Source: Hydrogenovibrio sp.
Lineage (GTDB): Bacteria > Pseudomonadota > Gammaproteobacteria > Thiomicrospirales > Thiomicrospiraceae
Direction: 5' to 3'
Assembly: GCA_015484555.1 (NCBI GenBank)
Contig: WFMZ01000071.1
Coordinates: 1,078-65,077 of the forward strand
Length of the DNA: 64,000 bases
Part shown: one piece after another, positions 48,807 to 58,760 of the stretch
How positions within the stretch are numbered: position 1 is the first letter of the stretch
Layout of the letters: the number at the start of each line of letters is the position of its first letter
The notes under the pieces: generated by a model
The model's input: only the letters and a program-made list of their open reading frames with translations
Told to the model about the DNA's origin: nothing
The model's database searches: none
Translations under genes and position numbers: made by a program

Positions 48807-49325
48807 TTAAAAGCGTGTACCTTTAGAAATCTTTTCCGGGTCAATACCCAATGTTAAATAACGATCATGGCACAGTGCCGCGGCCAATGCATCTGCGGCA
48901 TCCTCTTGCGGTGTTTGCGATAATTTTAGTAGTTTGGTCACCATAAAAGAAATTTGATCTTTAGTGGCATGCCCCTGCCCGACAATAGTGCTTTTTATTT
49001 GGGTGGGTGTGTATTCCATAATAGGAATATCGTGCAGGGCTGCGGCACATAAAATAACGCCCCTCGCCTGACCTAATACAATGGCTGAATTAGGATTTTT
49101 ATGAACAAAGACTTTTTCAATGGCCATCACATCAGGTTGATATTGTTCAATAATTTGATTAACCGATTCAAATATCGTTTTTAAACGACCTGAACCACTA
49201 AGCTTCATCACGTTAATGACGCCACTGGTAATATAATTTGGGTGATAACGACCAGATTCAATCACCCCAAAGCCTGCTTTACGCGAACCTGGGTCAATGC
49301 CTAATATACGTTGTGTTTTTTTCAC
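48807..49325 (-). CDS. ruvC: crossover junction endodeoxyribonuclease RuvC
   Basis: ILGIDPGSRKAGFGVI start block and AIEKVF (catalytic Glu), 172 aa. The start codon is GTG (49325-49323), 1 nt from a REP-like core. Confidence 0.9.
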   Translation of the reverse strand: MKKTQRILGIDPGSRKAGFGVIESGRYHPNYITSGVINVMKLSGSGRLKTIFESVNQIIEQYQPDVMAIEKVFVHKNPNSAIVLGQARGVILCAAALHDIPIMEYTPTQIKSTIVGQGHATKDQISFMVTKLLKLSQTPQEDAADALAAALCHDRYLTLGIDPEKISKGTRF

Positions 49326-49326
49326 C

Positions 49327-49347
49327 GACCCACCCCTGGCGATTTTT
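49327..49347 (+). repeat. REP-like core (forward orientation), subfamily A tail
   Basis: GACCCACCCCTGGCGATTTTT followed by GGCTTTGCAAAT. Lies between the nadA stop and the ruvC GTG start. Confidence 0.75.
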
Positions 49348-49371
49348 GGCTTTGCAAATAATCGAACAAGG

Positions 49372-50454
49372 TTATGCCATTGGCTTGGCGATTAAACCTT
49401 TCTGTCGAGAAAAATCTAACATCTTATTGACCGATTCTAATGCTTTTAAACGAATAGGCTCTTCAATTTTAATTTGGCCAGTCATATTTTCTAAACAATC
49501 ATGTAAATTTTGTAAGCCATTCATGGCCATCCAAGGGCAATGCGCGCAACTAATACAGTGTCCATCTTTGCCACCTGTTGGGGCAACAATGAGCTTTTTC
49601 TGTGGTGCTAACTGTTGCATTTTCCAGAAAATTCCATTGTCTGTTGCCACAATAAAACTTTTATCTGGCATGTTTTGTACCGATTCAATCATCACTCGCG
49701 TTGACCCAACGACATCGGCCAAGGCCACCACTTCTGCAGGTGATTCTGGATGAACCAAAACCTTTGCTTCAGGGTTAGCCGCCTTAAGCGCTTCAAGTTC
49801 ATACACTTGAAACTCGTCATGCACAATACATTGGCCTTGCCACAGAATCATTTCAATATCGGTTTCTGCTTGTATCCAACTGCCTAGATGACGGTCAGGC
49901 CCCCAAATAATTTTTTCGCCTTGCTCTTTCAAATGAGTCACAATTTCTAAGGCGTTACCTGATGTAACCACCCAGTCAGCAATAGCTTTAACCGCCACGC
50001 TGGTGTTGGCATACACCACGACTTTATGACCCGGATACTGCTGACAAAAGGCTTGAAATTCATCTGCAGGACAACCTTCATCTAATGAGCAGGTTGCATC
50101 GATGTCTGGCATTAAAATGGTTTTCTCTGGGCTCAACATTTTAGCCGTTTCGCCCATGAACTTCACGCCACAAACTACCAAAATATCAGCTGAAGACTGT
50201 GCGCCGAAGTTTGCCATTTCTAATGAATCGGCAACCTTGCCACCCGTTTCTTCTGTTAAAGCTTGTAAGTCGGCATCAACATAATAATGTGCAACCATTT
50301 GAGCATTTAAGGACTTTAACAAAACCTTAATCTGGGCTGTTAAGTCAGCCTTCTTCTCTTCCGACAGGTAGGCTGGTAAAGTAACATTTTTGGCTAAATT
50401 ATTAATGCTATTTTCAAGTGCTAAAGGGATTTTACTGGCTAAATCTATGGCCAT
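49372..50454 (-). CDS. nadA: quinolinate synthase
   Basis: The start is moved to ATG 50454 ([10 protein letters not shown]..). The track start at 50481 is a TTG inside the aspS terminator stem. Has MVAHYYVD and [14 protein letters not shown] blocks and the Fe-S Cys residues. Confidence 0.9.
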   Translation of the reverse strand: MAIDLASKIPLALENSINNLAKNVTLPAYLSEEKKADLTAQIKVLLKSLNAQMVAHYYVDADLQALTEETGGKVADSLEMANFGAQSSADILVVCGVKFMGETAKMLSPEKTILMPDIDATCSLDEGCPADEFQAFCQQYPGHKVVVYANTSVAVKAIADWVVTSGNALEIVTHLKEQGEKIIWGPDRHLGSWIQAETDIEMILWQGQCIVHDEFQVYELEALKAANPEAKVLVHPESPAEVVALADVVGSTRVMIESVQNMPDKSFIVATDNGIFWKMQQLAPQKKLIVAPTGGKDGHCISCAHCPWMAMNGLQNLHDCLENMTGQIKIEEPIRLKALESVNKMLDFSRQKGLIAKPMA

Positions 50455-50473
50455 TACAGAATGTCCTATATCA

Positions 50474-50506
50474 TAAAACAAAGGCAGAAAGAAACCTTTC
50501 TGCCTT
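50474..50506 (-). terminator. Rho-independent terminator after aspS
   Basis: AAGGCAGAAAG (50481-50491), loop AAAC, CTTTCTGCCTT (50496-50506). The 11-bp stem is perfect. On the minus strand it is followed by TGTTTTAT. Confidence 0.55.
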
Positions 50507-50542
50507 GTCTATTTTCAAAAAAATAATTAGTTGGTGGGTTGT

Positions 50543-52330
50543 TTATTTAGCGTCTTTAACCGGCTTACGGAAACGTAACGCTAGGTCTTCTAATTGATCG
50601 TTAGCCACTAAACCAGGTGCTTCGGTTAGCATACAAGCTGCCGACTGTGTCTTAGGAAAGGCGATCACATCGCGAATTGAATCACGCTTCGCTAAAATCA
50701 TTACCAAACGGTCTAAACCAAATGCCATGCCAGCATGTGGCGGACAACCATACTTAAGCGCATTTAATAAGAAGCCAAACTTTTCTTGGGCCTCTTCATC
50801 ACTAATGCCTAGCATTTTTAATACGGCTGCTTGCATATCAGTATCGTGAATACGGACTGAACCACCACCGACTTCCAAGCCGTTAATAACCATGTCATAA
50901 GCCATTGATAGCATATCTTCTGGATTTTTATGCACTAAAATTTCTTGTGTCGTGGCTTTCGGCTGTGTAAATGGGTGGTGAATAGCGGTCAGCGCACCGG
51001 TTTCTTCATCAATGACTTCAAACATTGGGAAGTCTACAACCCAAACAGGCGCCCATTCTTTGGTAAACATATCTAAATCTTCACCAATTTTACAACGTAA
51101 CGCACCTAACGCTTCGTTCACGATTTTGGCTTTATCAGCACCAAAGAAAACGATATCGCCATCTTCTGCGCCCACTCTTTCCATGATTGCCATCACTTGA
51201 TCAGGGAAGAATTTAACGATAGGCGACTGTAGCCCTTCAATACCTGCAGATAGGTCGTTTACTTTAATATAAGCTAACCCTTTCGCACCGTAAATAGAAA
51301 CAAACTTTGTATAGTCATCAATTTCTTTACGAGTCATTTTAGCGCCCTGCGGTACACGTAAAGCAGCTACACGCCCTTTAGGATCTTTTGCTGGTGCGGC
51401 AAAAACTTTGAAATCGATATTTTGCAATAGGTCTGCAACATCGACCAACTTCATGTCAATCCTTAAATCTGGACGGTCAATACCATAGTCACGAATCGCA
51501 TCTGCATAGGTAATTTGAGGAAAGTCTTCTGTAAAGTGAATGTCGCCCACTTCACCAAAAATCTTCTTGGTTAATTTTTCCATGTAACCCATGACTTCTG
51601 GTTCTGTCATAAATGAGGTTTCAATATCTAACTGGGTAAATTCTGGCTGTCGATCAGCACGTAAATCTTCATCTCGGAAACAGCGAGTAATTTGATAATA
51701 ACGATCGAAACCAGACATCATCAACAACTGTTTAAAGAGCTGTGGCGACTGAGGCAAAGCAAAGAATTTGTTTTGATGCGTACGACTTGGCACTAAATAA
51801 TCACGAGCACCTTCTGGCGTTGACTTGGTTAGGATAGGGGTTTCAATATCCATAAATCCGTTGTCATCTAAGAAACGACGCATGGTGCGCGTCACATCAA
51901 AACGAGTACGCAATACCTGTTGCATCTCATCTCTACGTAGGTCTAAGAAACGGTAAGTTAAACGAATTTCTTCTGAAATAACCTTGTCATCTAACTGAAA
52001 AGGGATGGGAGCAGAAGTGCTTAAAATTTCAATGCTATCTGCAACAATTTCAATTTTACCCGTTGCCATTTTAGGGTTAATGGTGCCGTCAGTTCGACCA
52101 CAGACTTTACCTTGTACGGTTAAAACATATTCTGAACGAACCTTTTCGGCCTTGGCAAACTTTTCAGCATCATCAGGGTTAACCACGACTTGAACCAAAC
52201 CTTCACGATCTCGTAAATCAATAAAAATAACTCCACCATGATCACGGCGGCGGTGCACCCAGCCTGAGATAGTGACATTTTGATTTTCTAAAGTTTCTGT
52301 TACTTGTCCACAATAGTGTGTACGCATCAT
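50543..52330 (-). CDS. aspS: aspartate--tRNA ligase
   Basis: 595 aa. OB-fold N-terminus ([22 protein letters not shown]), class II motifs ([33 protein letters not shown]) and the bacterial GAD insertion. Confidence 0.95.
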   Translation of the reverse strand: MMRTHYCGQVTETLENQNVTISGWVHRRRDHGGVIFIDLRDREGLVQVVVNPDDAEKFAKAEKVRSEYVLTVQGKVCGRTDGTINPKMATGKIEIVADSIEILSTSAPIPFQLDDKVISEEIRLTYRFLDLRRDEMQQVLRTRFDVTRTMRRFLDDNGFMDIETPILTKSTPEGARDYLVPSRTHQNKFFALPQSPQLFKQLLMMSGFDRYYQITRCFRDEDLRADRQPEFTQLDIETSFMTEPEVMGYMEKLTKKIFGEVGDIHFTEDFPQITYADAIRDYGIDRPDLRIDMKLVDVADLLQNIDFKVFAAPAKDPKGRVAALRVPQGAKMTRKEIDDYTKFVSIYGAKGLAYIKVNDLSAGIEGLQSPIVKFFPDQVMAIMERVGAEDGDIVFFGADKAKIVNEALGALRCKIGEDLDMFTKEWAPVWVVDFPMFEVIDEETGALTAIHHPFTQPKATTQEILVHKNPEDMLSMAYDMVINGLEVGGGSVRIHDTDMQAAVLKMLGISDEEAQEKFGFLLNALKYGCPPHAGMAFGLDRLVMILAKRDSIRDVIAFPKTQSAACMLTEAPGLVANDQLEDLALRFRKPVKDAK

Positions 52331-52347
52331 CGCATTTACCCTTTCGA

Positions 52348-53037
52348 TTATTCTGAACGATTGTTCAATTCTGTGTTTAATTTGGTGTTATGTTCGGTTG
52401 TTAATTCTACTGTTGACTGGGGTTGATCTGGCTGCCAAGCTGGCACAACAACGCCCCCTGAAATAACCATTTTCAAAGCTTCATCAACAGACATGTCTAA
52501 TTCAATAATTTCATTTTTGGACGCCATAATAAAAAAACCAGATGTGGGGTTCGGTGTTGTCGGTATAAACAAATTAACCACCTCAACCAAGTGTGTTTTC
52601 TGCTGTGCTTCACCCTGCGTGGTACTGGTCTGAAATGCCAGTGTCCAAAGCCCTTGGCGAGGGTATTGTAATAAATAGGCTTTTTTAAAGGTTTGTGCAC
52701 TGTTACCAAACAAGGCTTCTGAAATTTGCTTAACGGCGGTATAAATAGTACGTACCAGTGGAATTTTGGCTAAAAAAGCTTCCCACCATTTAAATAGGTA
52801 ACGACCAAAAAAGTTAGCGACTAACATACCGGTTAGCAAGAGAAGGATAAAGGATAAAATAACACCAAACCCTGGAATATTCATACCGATCAGCTGCTCT
52901 GGGCGATAGTGATAAGGTAATAACAATAAAACCTTATCAAACAAACCAATTAAAAATAGTATGACAGAAAACGTAACCCCTAAAGGCAGCCAAACCAATA
53001 AACCAGCTATTAAATAACGTTTAATTAATGACAACAC
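52348..53037 (-). CDS. DUF502 family membrane protein
   Basis: N-terminal [21 protein letters not shown] and a second TM, typical of the DUF502 architecture. Confidence 0.7.
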   Translation of the reverse strand: MLSLIKRYLIAGLLVWLPLGVTFSVILFLIGLFDKVLLLLPYHYRPEQLIGMNIPGFGVILSFILLLLTGMLVANFFGRYLFKWWEAFLAKIPLVRTIYTAVKQISEALFGNSAQTFKKAYLLQYPRQGLWTLAFQTSTTQGEAQQKTHLVEVVNLFIPTTPNPTSGFFIMASKNEIIELDMSVDEALKMVISGGVVVPAWQPDQPQSTVELTTEHNTKLNTELNNRSE

Positions 53038-53367
53038 ATAACCACGCGAACTTTTTATAAAATGAACTCGATATTATATAAGAATTTTATGGGTTAAATG
53101 GGGTTAAATAACTCCATTCGACATAGAAACAATAGGTTTCTATCTGTGGTGTTAGTTGCCCCAGCTAATTCATACTGGCTTCTGTTTGAACCTATCACTT
53201 TTCAGATCAGTAAATAGACGTTGCCTATCACCAGAATAAAATTAGAATCTAGGGCGGTACTTCCCAAATCTAAATATAAGATTTTTATCCTTAAAGCTAT
53301 CTTTCCTACATCCTCCTATAATTTTAGACGTAATTACATAAAAACCTTCTTTTTTCTCTATTTCCCA

Positions 53368-53391
53368 CCCTACTTCCTTCCCTACTTCCTT
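53368..53391 (+). repeat. perfect tandem 12-mer CCCTACTTCCTT x2 inside a roughly 50-nt polypyrimidine tract
   Basis: 53368-53379 and 53380-53391 are identical. The surrounding 53345-53395 is almost entirely C/T on the plus strand. Confidence 0.8.
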
Positions 53392-53461
53392 ACCTGGGAT
53401 AGGTTATAATACGAAGTATATTTTATTAGCTATTTAAATTAATCTAGATTAACAGGCTCTT

Positions 53462-54319
53462 ATGACCAAAAACCCTAAGAAAATCAATATCTTTATTACC
53501 GGTTGCTCTACTGGCATAGGGTTAAACACTCTGCAAACATTGCAGAAGCAAGGATTCAATGTCATTGGCAGTTGTCGCCAACAAGCTGATGTGGACCAAC
53601 TAACGATACAAGGGTTTCAATGTATTCTACTAGACTTGGCCTCCAGTGATTCCATTCAACAAGCTGTTCAAACGCTCATTCAATTAACCGATGGCAAACT
53701 AGATGTTTTGTTCAATAATGCTGCCTTCGGCTTACCTGGTGCCGTAGAAGATTTAAGCCGAGACGCCATGCGTTATCAGTTTGAAACCAATGTATTTGGC
53801 ACACAAGAACTGACCAATTTAATAGTGCCTATTATGCGAGGGCAAGGGTCAGGCAAAATAATTTATAACAGTTCTATTTTAGGCTTTGCTGCTATGCAGT
53901 ATCGTGGCGCTTATAATGCCAGTAAATTTGCCATTGAAGGCTTTGCAGATACCCTTCGCTTAGAGCTTAAAGCAGACAACATTCAGGTTAGCTTAATTCA
54001 ACCCGGCCCTATTATTTCTAAATTTAGAGCCAATTCTTTCCAGCAATACACGCGTTGGATTTCCGAAAAGCCTAGTCATCATCAAGCACAATACAGTTCA
54101 ATGGTCGCGCGCTTAGACAAGGACGAAGCCAGCGCTCCTTTTACCCTAGGGCCTGAAGCGGTGACACAAGCGGTGCTGCACATCATTCACCATAAGCAAC
54201 CTAAGATACGCTACCGAATTACCCGTCCCACTCAAATATTTTCATTTTTAAAACGCATCTTACCCACTCGATTGCTAGATATTCTGTTAATCAAGGCGGG
54301 CGGAAGTGGCAAAAGGTAA
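53462..54319 (+). CDS. SDR family oxidoreductase
   Basis: TGCSTGIG (TGxxxGxG), NNAA and the YNASK catalytic YxxxK. Confidence 0.85.
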   Translation: MTKNPKKINIFITGCSTGIGLNTLQTLQKQGFNVIGSCRQQADVDQLTIQGFQCILLDLASSDSIQQAVQTLIQLTDGKLDVLFNNAAFGLPGAVEDLSRDAMRYQFETNVFGTQELTNLIVPIMRGQGSGKIIYNSSILGFAAMQYRGAYNASKFAIEGFADTLRLELKADNIQVSLIQPGPIISKFRANSFQQYTRWISEKPSHHQAQYSSMVARLDKDEASAPFTLGPEAVTQAVLHIIHHKQPKIRYRITRPTQIFSFLKRILPTRLLDILLIKAGGSGKR

Positions 54320-56576
54320 TCCTTTGAAAAGAACAAACGTATTCCTTATAAACGTAATCAGCACCCTTATGATTACATTGCTGTTTAGCCCCATCGTCTT
54401 TTCGGCCGAGACAGCAGAAACCCCCCGTCCGAAGATAGGCTTAGTATTAGCCGGGGGTGGCGCTAAAGGTCTGGCTCATATTGGGGTCATCAAAACACTA
54501 GAAGCACACCATATAAAAATTGACTACATTGCCGGTACCAGCATGGGAGCACTTGTGGGCGGACTTTATGCGTCAGGCATGCCTATTAATCAAATTGAAA
54601 AATTTGCAAGAAATGTTGATTGGAAAGCCACTTTCATTGATGACCCAAAACGCTATTACCTACCTTTTAGACAAAAGCGCGCCCAGTCTGATTACCCTGT
54701 AAAAGCTGAGCTGGGAATGCGTGACTGGCAACTAAAGCTACCACCCGGTATTATCCTAGGGCAAAAGCAGGATATTTTATTAGAAGGCTTGCTTCTAAAT
54801 TCATCAGACATTCATGACTTTTCTAAGCTTCCCATCCCTTTTACTGCTGTTGCAACCGATATTACAACCGGTCATGCCTATGAATTAACAAAAGGAAACT
54901 TAGCCAGGGCAATGCACGCCAGCATGGCTGTTCCCGGTGTTTTTGCCCCGGTCGAAATAGATGGTCACTTATTAGTGGATGGCGGTATCACCAATAATAC
55001 CCCTATTGATGTTGCACGAAAAATGGGGGCTGATATTGTCATCGTCTCAGATATTCATACTAACAACAGCAAACAAGCAGAAATCCGTAATTTTTTAGAT
55101 GTTTTCAACCAATTGGTCAATAGTTTAACGCTTGACAATACTGAAAAACAACTCGCAACCTTGACCAAAAAAGATATTTTAATTCGCCCTAAAATTCAAG
55201 CTTATGGCTCTTCAGACTTTATCTGCACCGATGAGATTATTGATACGGGAACCGTCGCTACCTTAAAGGCATTAAAAGAAACATCCTTAGAATCTTACAG
55301 CCGTGTTAATTTTTCTAAACCTAAACGGCAAGCTTCCACCTATATTATTCAACGCATCATCATCAACAACCAAACAAAACTCTCTACCGACATTATTAAA
55401 GCAGGCATACATCAACCTATTGGTCAGCCCATTGACCTTGTTCAATTAGAAAAAGATATTTCTTTTTTATATGCTACGGGCTATTTTCAAAATCTTAACT
55501 ACCATTTAAACTCTTCTCCAAACGATCATCATACAGAGGATAAAAATCTGGTTATTACTGCCATAGAACCCAGCTGGGGGCCTAACTTCTTTAGAGCAAA
55601 ATTTAATCTGGCGTCCAACCTATCTGACCAAAGCTTATTTAATTTAGGCGTTCGCCATACCTATAAACCAGCTAATGCTAACGGAGCAGAATGGCGTAAT
55701 GAATTTCAAATAGGGGAAACTACTTTATTATCAAGTGAATTTTACCAACCCATAGATAATGTCCAAACATATTATGTCAAACCTTTTATAAAAATCGAAA
55801 ATAACAGCTATACCTTCAGCCCTGATAGTTTAGGGGTTACCAGTATAGATGTTAACCAAACAGAAGGTAATATGGGACTTCAATTTGGCATAAATATCAC
55901 AACCAATGACCGTATATCAACGACTCTATCTAAACGAAAAGGCATTTTAAGACTAGGGTCTAATGCCCATAGCAGTGTTGATAAAAACTACTCATTAACA
56001 AACTCTAATATTGCCTATCAACGAGATACGTTAGATCAAATTAGCTTCCCAAGAACGGGAACTCTTTTAAACCTAGGGCTAAGTAGCTTAACCAAAAACT
56101 TAGGCCATCTAAAAAACTCTATTTATCCAGAGCTCAAGTTCTCTTTTTATCGCTCCTACCAGCGTCACACCCTCAACATTTATGGTGAATATATAGGTGC
56201 AGATAGGGATAATAAGATATCACAATACAACATCCATACTTTAGGTGGATTCCAAAGACTGTCAGGGCTTCGAGAGAATGAATTACTAGGGAGTGAAGTT
56301 GTTCTAGGGCGCTTAAAATACCGATACAGAATATATGGAGACTCTAGCAATATTTTTAACTTTCCATTCTATGTTGGCGCAACCCTAGAAACAGGAAATG
56401 TATTTGGCCAAATCAACTCTAGTGGTCGTGGAAGAATTAATTTTAACCAACTTAAAACGGCTGGCAGTATATTTATAGGACTTAATACTGCTATCGGCCC
56501 TGTGTATTTAGCCTATGGGCGTCAATCTGAAGCCAATCAAACGCTCTACTTCTATTTTGGTAGGTCATTTGACTAG
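54306..56576 (+). CDS. patatin-like phospholipase fused to POTRA and an Omp85-type beta-barrel (PlpD/type Vd-like)
   Basis: Signal peptide. Patatin motifs GGGAKG, GTSMG (nucleophile Ser) and DGG (VDGGITNN). The C-terminal half is rich in alternating aromatic beta-strands. The start is GTG at 54306, overlapping the SDR stop by 14 nt; the alternative ATG at 54369 gives a poorer signal peptide. Confidence 0.8.
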   Translation: MAKGNPLKRTNVFLINVISTLMITLLFSPIVFSAETAETPRPKIGLVLAGGGAKGLAHIGVIKTLEAHHIKIDYIAGTSMGALVGGLYASGMPINQIEKFARNVDWKATFIDDPKRYYLPFRQKRAQSDYPVKAELGMRDWQLKLPPGIILGQKQDILLEGLLLNSSDIHDFSKLPIPFTAVATDITTGHAYELTKGNLARAMHASMAVPGVFAPVEIDGHLLVDGGITNNTPIDVARKMGADIVIVSDIHTNNSKQAEIRNFLDVFNQLVNSLTLDNTEKQLATLTKKDILIRPKIQAYGSSDFICTDEIIDTGTVATLKALKETSLESYSRVNFSKPKRQASTYIIQRIIINNQTKLSTDIIKAGIHQPIGQPIDLVQLEKDISFLYATGYFQNLNYHLNSSPNDHHTEDKNLVITAIEPSWGPNFFRAKFNLASNLSDQSLFNLGVRHTYKPANANGAEWRNEFQIGETTLLSSEFYQPIDNVQTYYVKPFIKIENNSYTFSPDSLGVTSIDVNQTEGNMGLQFGINITTNDRISTTLSKRKGILRLGSNAHSSVDKNYSLTNSNIAYQRDTLDQISFPRTGTLLNLGLSSLTKNLGHLKNSIYPELKFSFYRSYQRHTLNIYGEYIGADRDNKISQYNIHTLGGFQRLSGLRENELLGSEVVLGRLKYRYRIYGDSSNIFNFPFYVGATLETGNVFGQINSSGRGRINFNQLKTAGSIFIGLNTAIGPVYLAYGRQSEANQTLYFYFGRSFD

Positions 56577-56637
56577 CCAAGTTTACTCACTGGCTTAATA
56601 CTAGACAAAGGGAAGAGCCTATTTATTTTAAAAGATT

Positions 56638-57012
56638 TTAAGACTCTACCGGTGGTAGAACTTCCGCTAACTCTTCATCTGTAAAAATCCGTGAAACAGC
56701 CATGAAGCGTAAGCCTAGAGGGATTTCTAATGAAAAGCTAGATCCTCGTCCTTCCGATACATCAATCATAATATGCATGTTTTTATAGTATTCAAATTGA
56801 TCTGACGCCATATAAAAATCACAGCCATGGATATTCCCTAAACATAAGTCTCTTGACCCAATCATAAAGTCACCCTCTTCAAAGCACATAGGTGCAGAAC
56901 CATCACAGCAGCCACCCGACTGGTGAAAGACCAGTTCGCCATGCTTATCTCGCAGTTGATCTACAACAGCCTTTGCTTTATCGGTAATAGACACTCTTTC
57001 TACTGTCATCAT
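56638..57012 (-). CDS. DUF779 domain protein
   Basis: 124 aa. Has HQSGGCCDGSAPMC, typical of DUF779, and the usual position downstream of an aldehyde dehydrogenase. Confidence 0.8.
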   Translation of the reverse strand: MMTVERVSITDKAKAVVDQLRDKHGELVFHQSGGCCDGSAPMCFEEGDFMIGSRDLCLGNIHGCDFYMASDQFEYYKNMHIMIDVSEGRGSSFSLEIPLGLRFMAVSRIFTDEELAEVLPPVES

Positions 57013-57038
57013 TATTCCTTTTTCTTTAAGTTAGATAC

Positions 57039-57067
57039 TAAAAAGGGAAGCCATCAAGACTTCCCTA
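57039..57067 (-). terminator. hairpin plus U run between aldehyde dehydrogenase and DUF779 (possible attenuating terminator)
   Basis: Minus strand reads AGGGAAG-tcttgatgg-CTTCCCT followed by TTTTT. Confidence 0.4.
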
Positions 57068-57113
57068 TTCATCATTAAGCGTTATGCTTAAACAAGCTAA
57101 TCATCCTTTTAGA

Positions 57114-58607
57114 TTAAAAGAACCCTAGCTTGTTTTTGTCATAAGACATTAATACGTTCTTAGTATGGCGATAGTGATTCAACATCATCTTATGCGTTTC
57201 ACGACCAATACCAGACTTCTTATAACCACCAAATGAAGCGTGAGCAGGATAAGCATGGTAACAGTTACACCATACACGACCCGCTTCAATACCACGAGAC
57301 ATAGACTGCATTTGATGCACATCTCTTGTCCAAACACCGGCACCTAAACCATACAAAGTATCGTTAGCAATTTCTAGTGCTTCTGCTTCATCTTTAAAGG
57401 TAGTCACACTTAATACTGGCCCAAAAATCTCTTCTTGGAAAATACGCATTTTGTTATGACCTTTAAAAACAGTCGGCTGAATGTAGTAACCCCCTGGGAA
57501 AGTTGGGTTTTCAAACTTATCACCACCGGTTAATAGTTCGGCACCTTCTTGCTTACCAATCTCGATATAGTTAAGAATTTTTTCGAACTGGTCATTAGAA
57601 GCCTGCGCACCCATCATGGTGCCCGCATCTAAGGTATCACCCATGGTAATCGCTTCGATACGCTCAATACAACGCGCCATGAATGGCTCGTAAATACTTT
57701 CTTGAATTAAGGCACGTGAAGGACAGGTACAAACCTCACCCTGGTTAAAGGCAAATAACACCAACCCTTCAATTGCTTTATCAAAGAAGGCATCATCTTC
57801 ATCCATAATGCTTTCAAAGAATACGTTAGGTGACTTTCCACCTAACTCAAGTGTCACTGGAATAATGTTTTCAGATGCGTACTGCATAATCAAACGACCG
57901 GTTGTGGTTTCACCCGTAAAGGCTACTTTTTTAATATCTGGGTGCTGAGCTAATGGCTTACCTGCTTCGGTACCAAAACCGTTTACCACGTTTAAAACAC
58001 CATCAGGCAAGATATCGGCAATAGCTTCCATTAAGAATAAGATAGAAACAGGTGTTTGCTCTGCTGGCTTTAAGACCACACAGTTACCAGCAGCTAGTGC
58101 CGGTGCAATTTTCCACGTCGCCATTAATAATGGAAAGTTCCATGGAATGATTTGCGCCACAACGCCTAAAGGTTCATGTACTTCCATAGAAACCGTACTA
58201 GAATCTAAGTCTGCAACATCGCCTGACTCGGCACGAATAACACTACCAAAATAACGAAAGTGGTCAATCGCTAAAGGAATATCCGCAGCCATCGTCTCTC
58301 TAATAGCTTTACCGTTGTCCCACGTTTCAACACTGGCTAATAATTCTAGATTAGCTTCCATACGGTCTGCAATTTTGAACAACATATTACTTCTTTCAGT
58401 AACAGATGTATTCTTCCAAGTTTTAAAGGCTTCTGAGCCTGCATCTACGGCTAAATCAACATCTTTACGATTTGAACGTGCTACTTTAGCAATCAGCTTA
58501 CCATCAACAGGTGATGTATTTTCAAAGTACTCACCATCAACAGGTGGCACCCATTTTCCGCCAATAAAGTTTTCGTACTGACTCTTAAATTCAGGTCTTT
58601 GCGACAT
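57114..58607 (-). CDS. NAD(P)+-dependent aldehyde dehydrogenase (AldB-like)
   Basis: 497 aa. ELGGKSP (catalytic Glu) and [12 protein letters not shown] (catalytic Cys). AGAGGAAG Shine-Dalgarno sequence upstream. Confidence 0.9.
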   Translation of the reverse strand: MSQRPEFKSQYENFIGGKWVPPVDGEYFENTSPVDGKLIAKVARSNRKDVDLAVDAGSEAFKTWKNTSVTERSNMLFKIADRMEANLELLASVETWDNGKAIRETMAADIPLAIDHFRYFGSVIRAESGDVADLDSSTVSMEVHEPLGVVAQIIPWNFPLLMATWKIAPALAAGNCVVLKPAEQTPVSILFLMEAIADILPDGVLNVVNGFGTEAGKPLAQHPDIKKVAFTGETTTGRLIMQYASENIIPVTLELGGKSPNVFFESIMDEDDAFFDKAIEGLVLFAFNQGEVCTCPSRALIQESIYEPFMARCIERIEAITMGDTLDAGTMMGAQASNDQFEKILNYIEIGKQEGAELLTGGDKFENPTFPGGYYIQPTVFKGHNKMRIFQEEIFGPVLSVTTFKDEAEALEIANDTLYGLGAGVWTRDVHQMQSMSRGIEAGRVWCNCYHAYPAHASFGGYKKSGIGRETHKMMLNHYRHTKNVLMSYDKNKLGFF

Positions 58608-58714
58608 CCTAGCTTCCTCTTTATTTTTATAATTTTGTGCTTTAAAAAAAGTCCTAACGAACTAGAACTTGTTCTTTTAGACTAACTAAGATATAGCAGA
58701 ATAACGAATGATGC

Positions 58715-58760
58715 AAGCCCTAAAATCCATTATATTTTTTAGGGCTTTTAAAGTTTTTTT
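58715..58760 (+). terminator. orphan terminator-like hairpin (plus orientation) in the aldehyde dehydrogenase upstream region
   Basis: AAGCCCTAAAA (58715-58725), 11-nt loop, TTTTAGGGCTT (58737-58747), then TTAAAGTTTTTTT. No plus-strand gene lies upstream of it. Confidence 0.3.

Noticed and set aside
28394-49347. REP-like core as a sigma54 promoter (it contains TGGCG followed by TTGC or TGC)
   Set aside because: In the copies with a downstream TTGC, only 5 nt separate TGGC from TTGC. The TGGCAC-N5-TTGC consensus has 7 nt there, so the GG and GC dinucleotides are about 2 nt too close. The orientations relative to genes are also inconsistent with promoters.
50455-50481. TTG start of nadA at 50481
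   Set aside because: That codon lies inside the 11-bp stem of the aspS terminator. ATG at 50454 has an AGGA upstream and matches the NadA N-terminus.
53250-53395. CsrB/RsmY-like CsrA-sponge sRNA on the minus strand
   Set aside because: The GGA motifs sit in an unbroken purine run that cannot form the hairpin loops typical of Csr/Rsm sRNAs. There is no GacA-type upstream box and no terminator. It is kept only as a low-interest note under the polypyrimidine finding.
53221-53409. 62-aa ORF in the DUF502/SDR spacer
   Set aside because: Its C-terminal half (FFFLYFPPYFLPYFLTW) is simply the translation of the polypyrimidine tandem repeat. It has no RBS and a low-complexity product.
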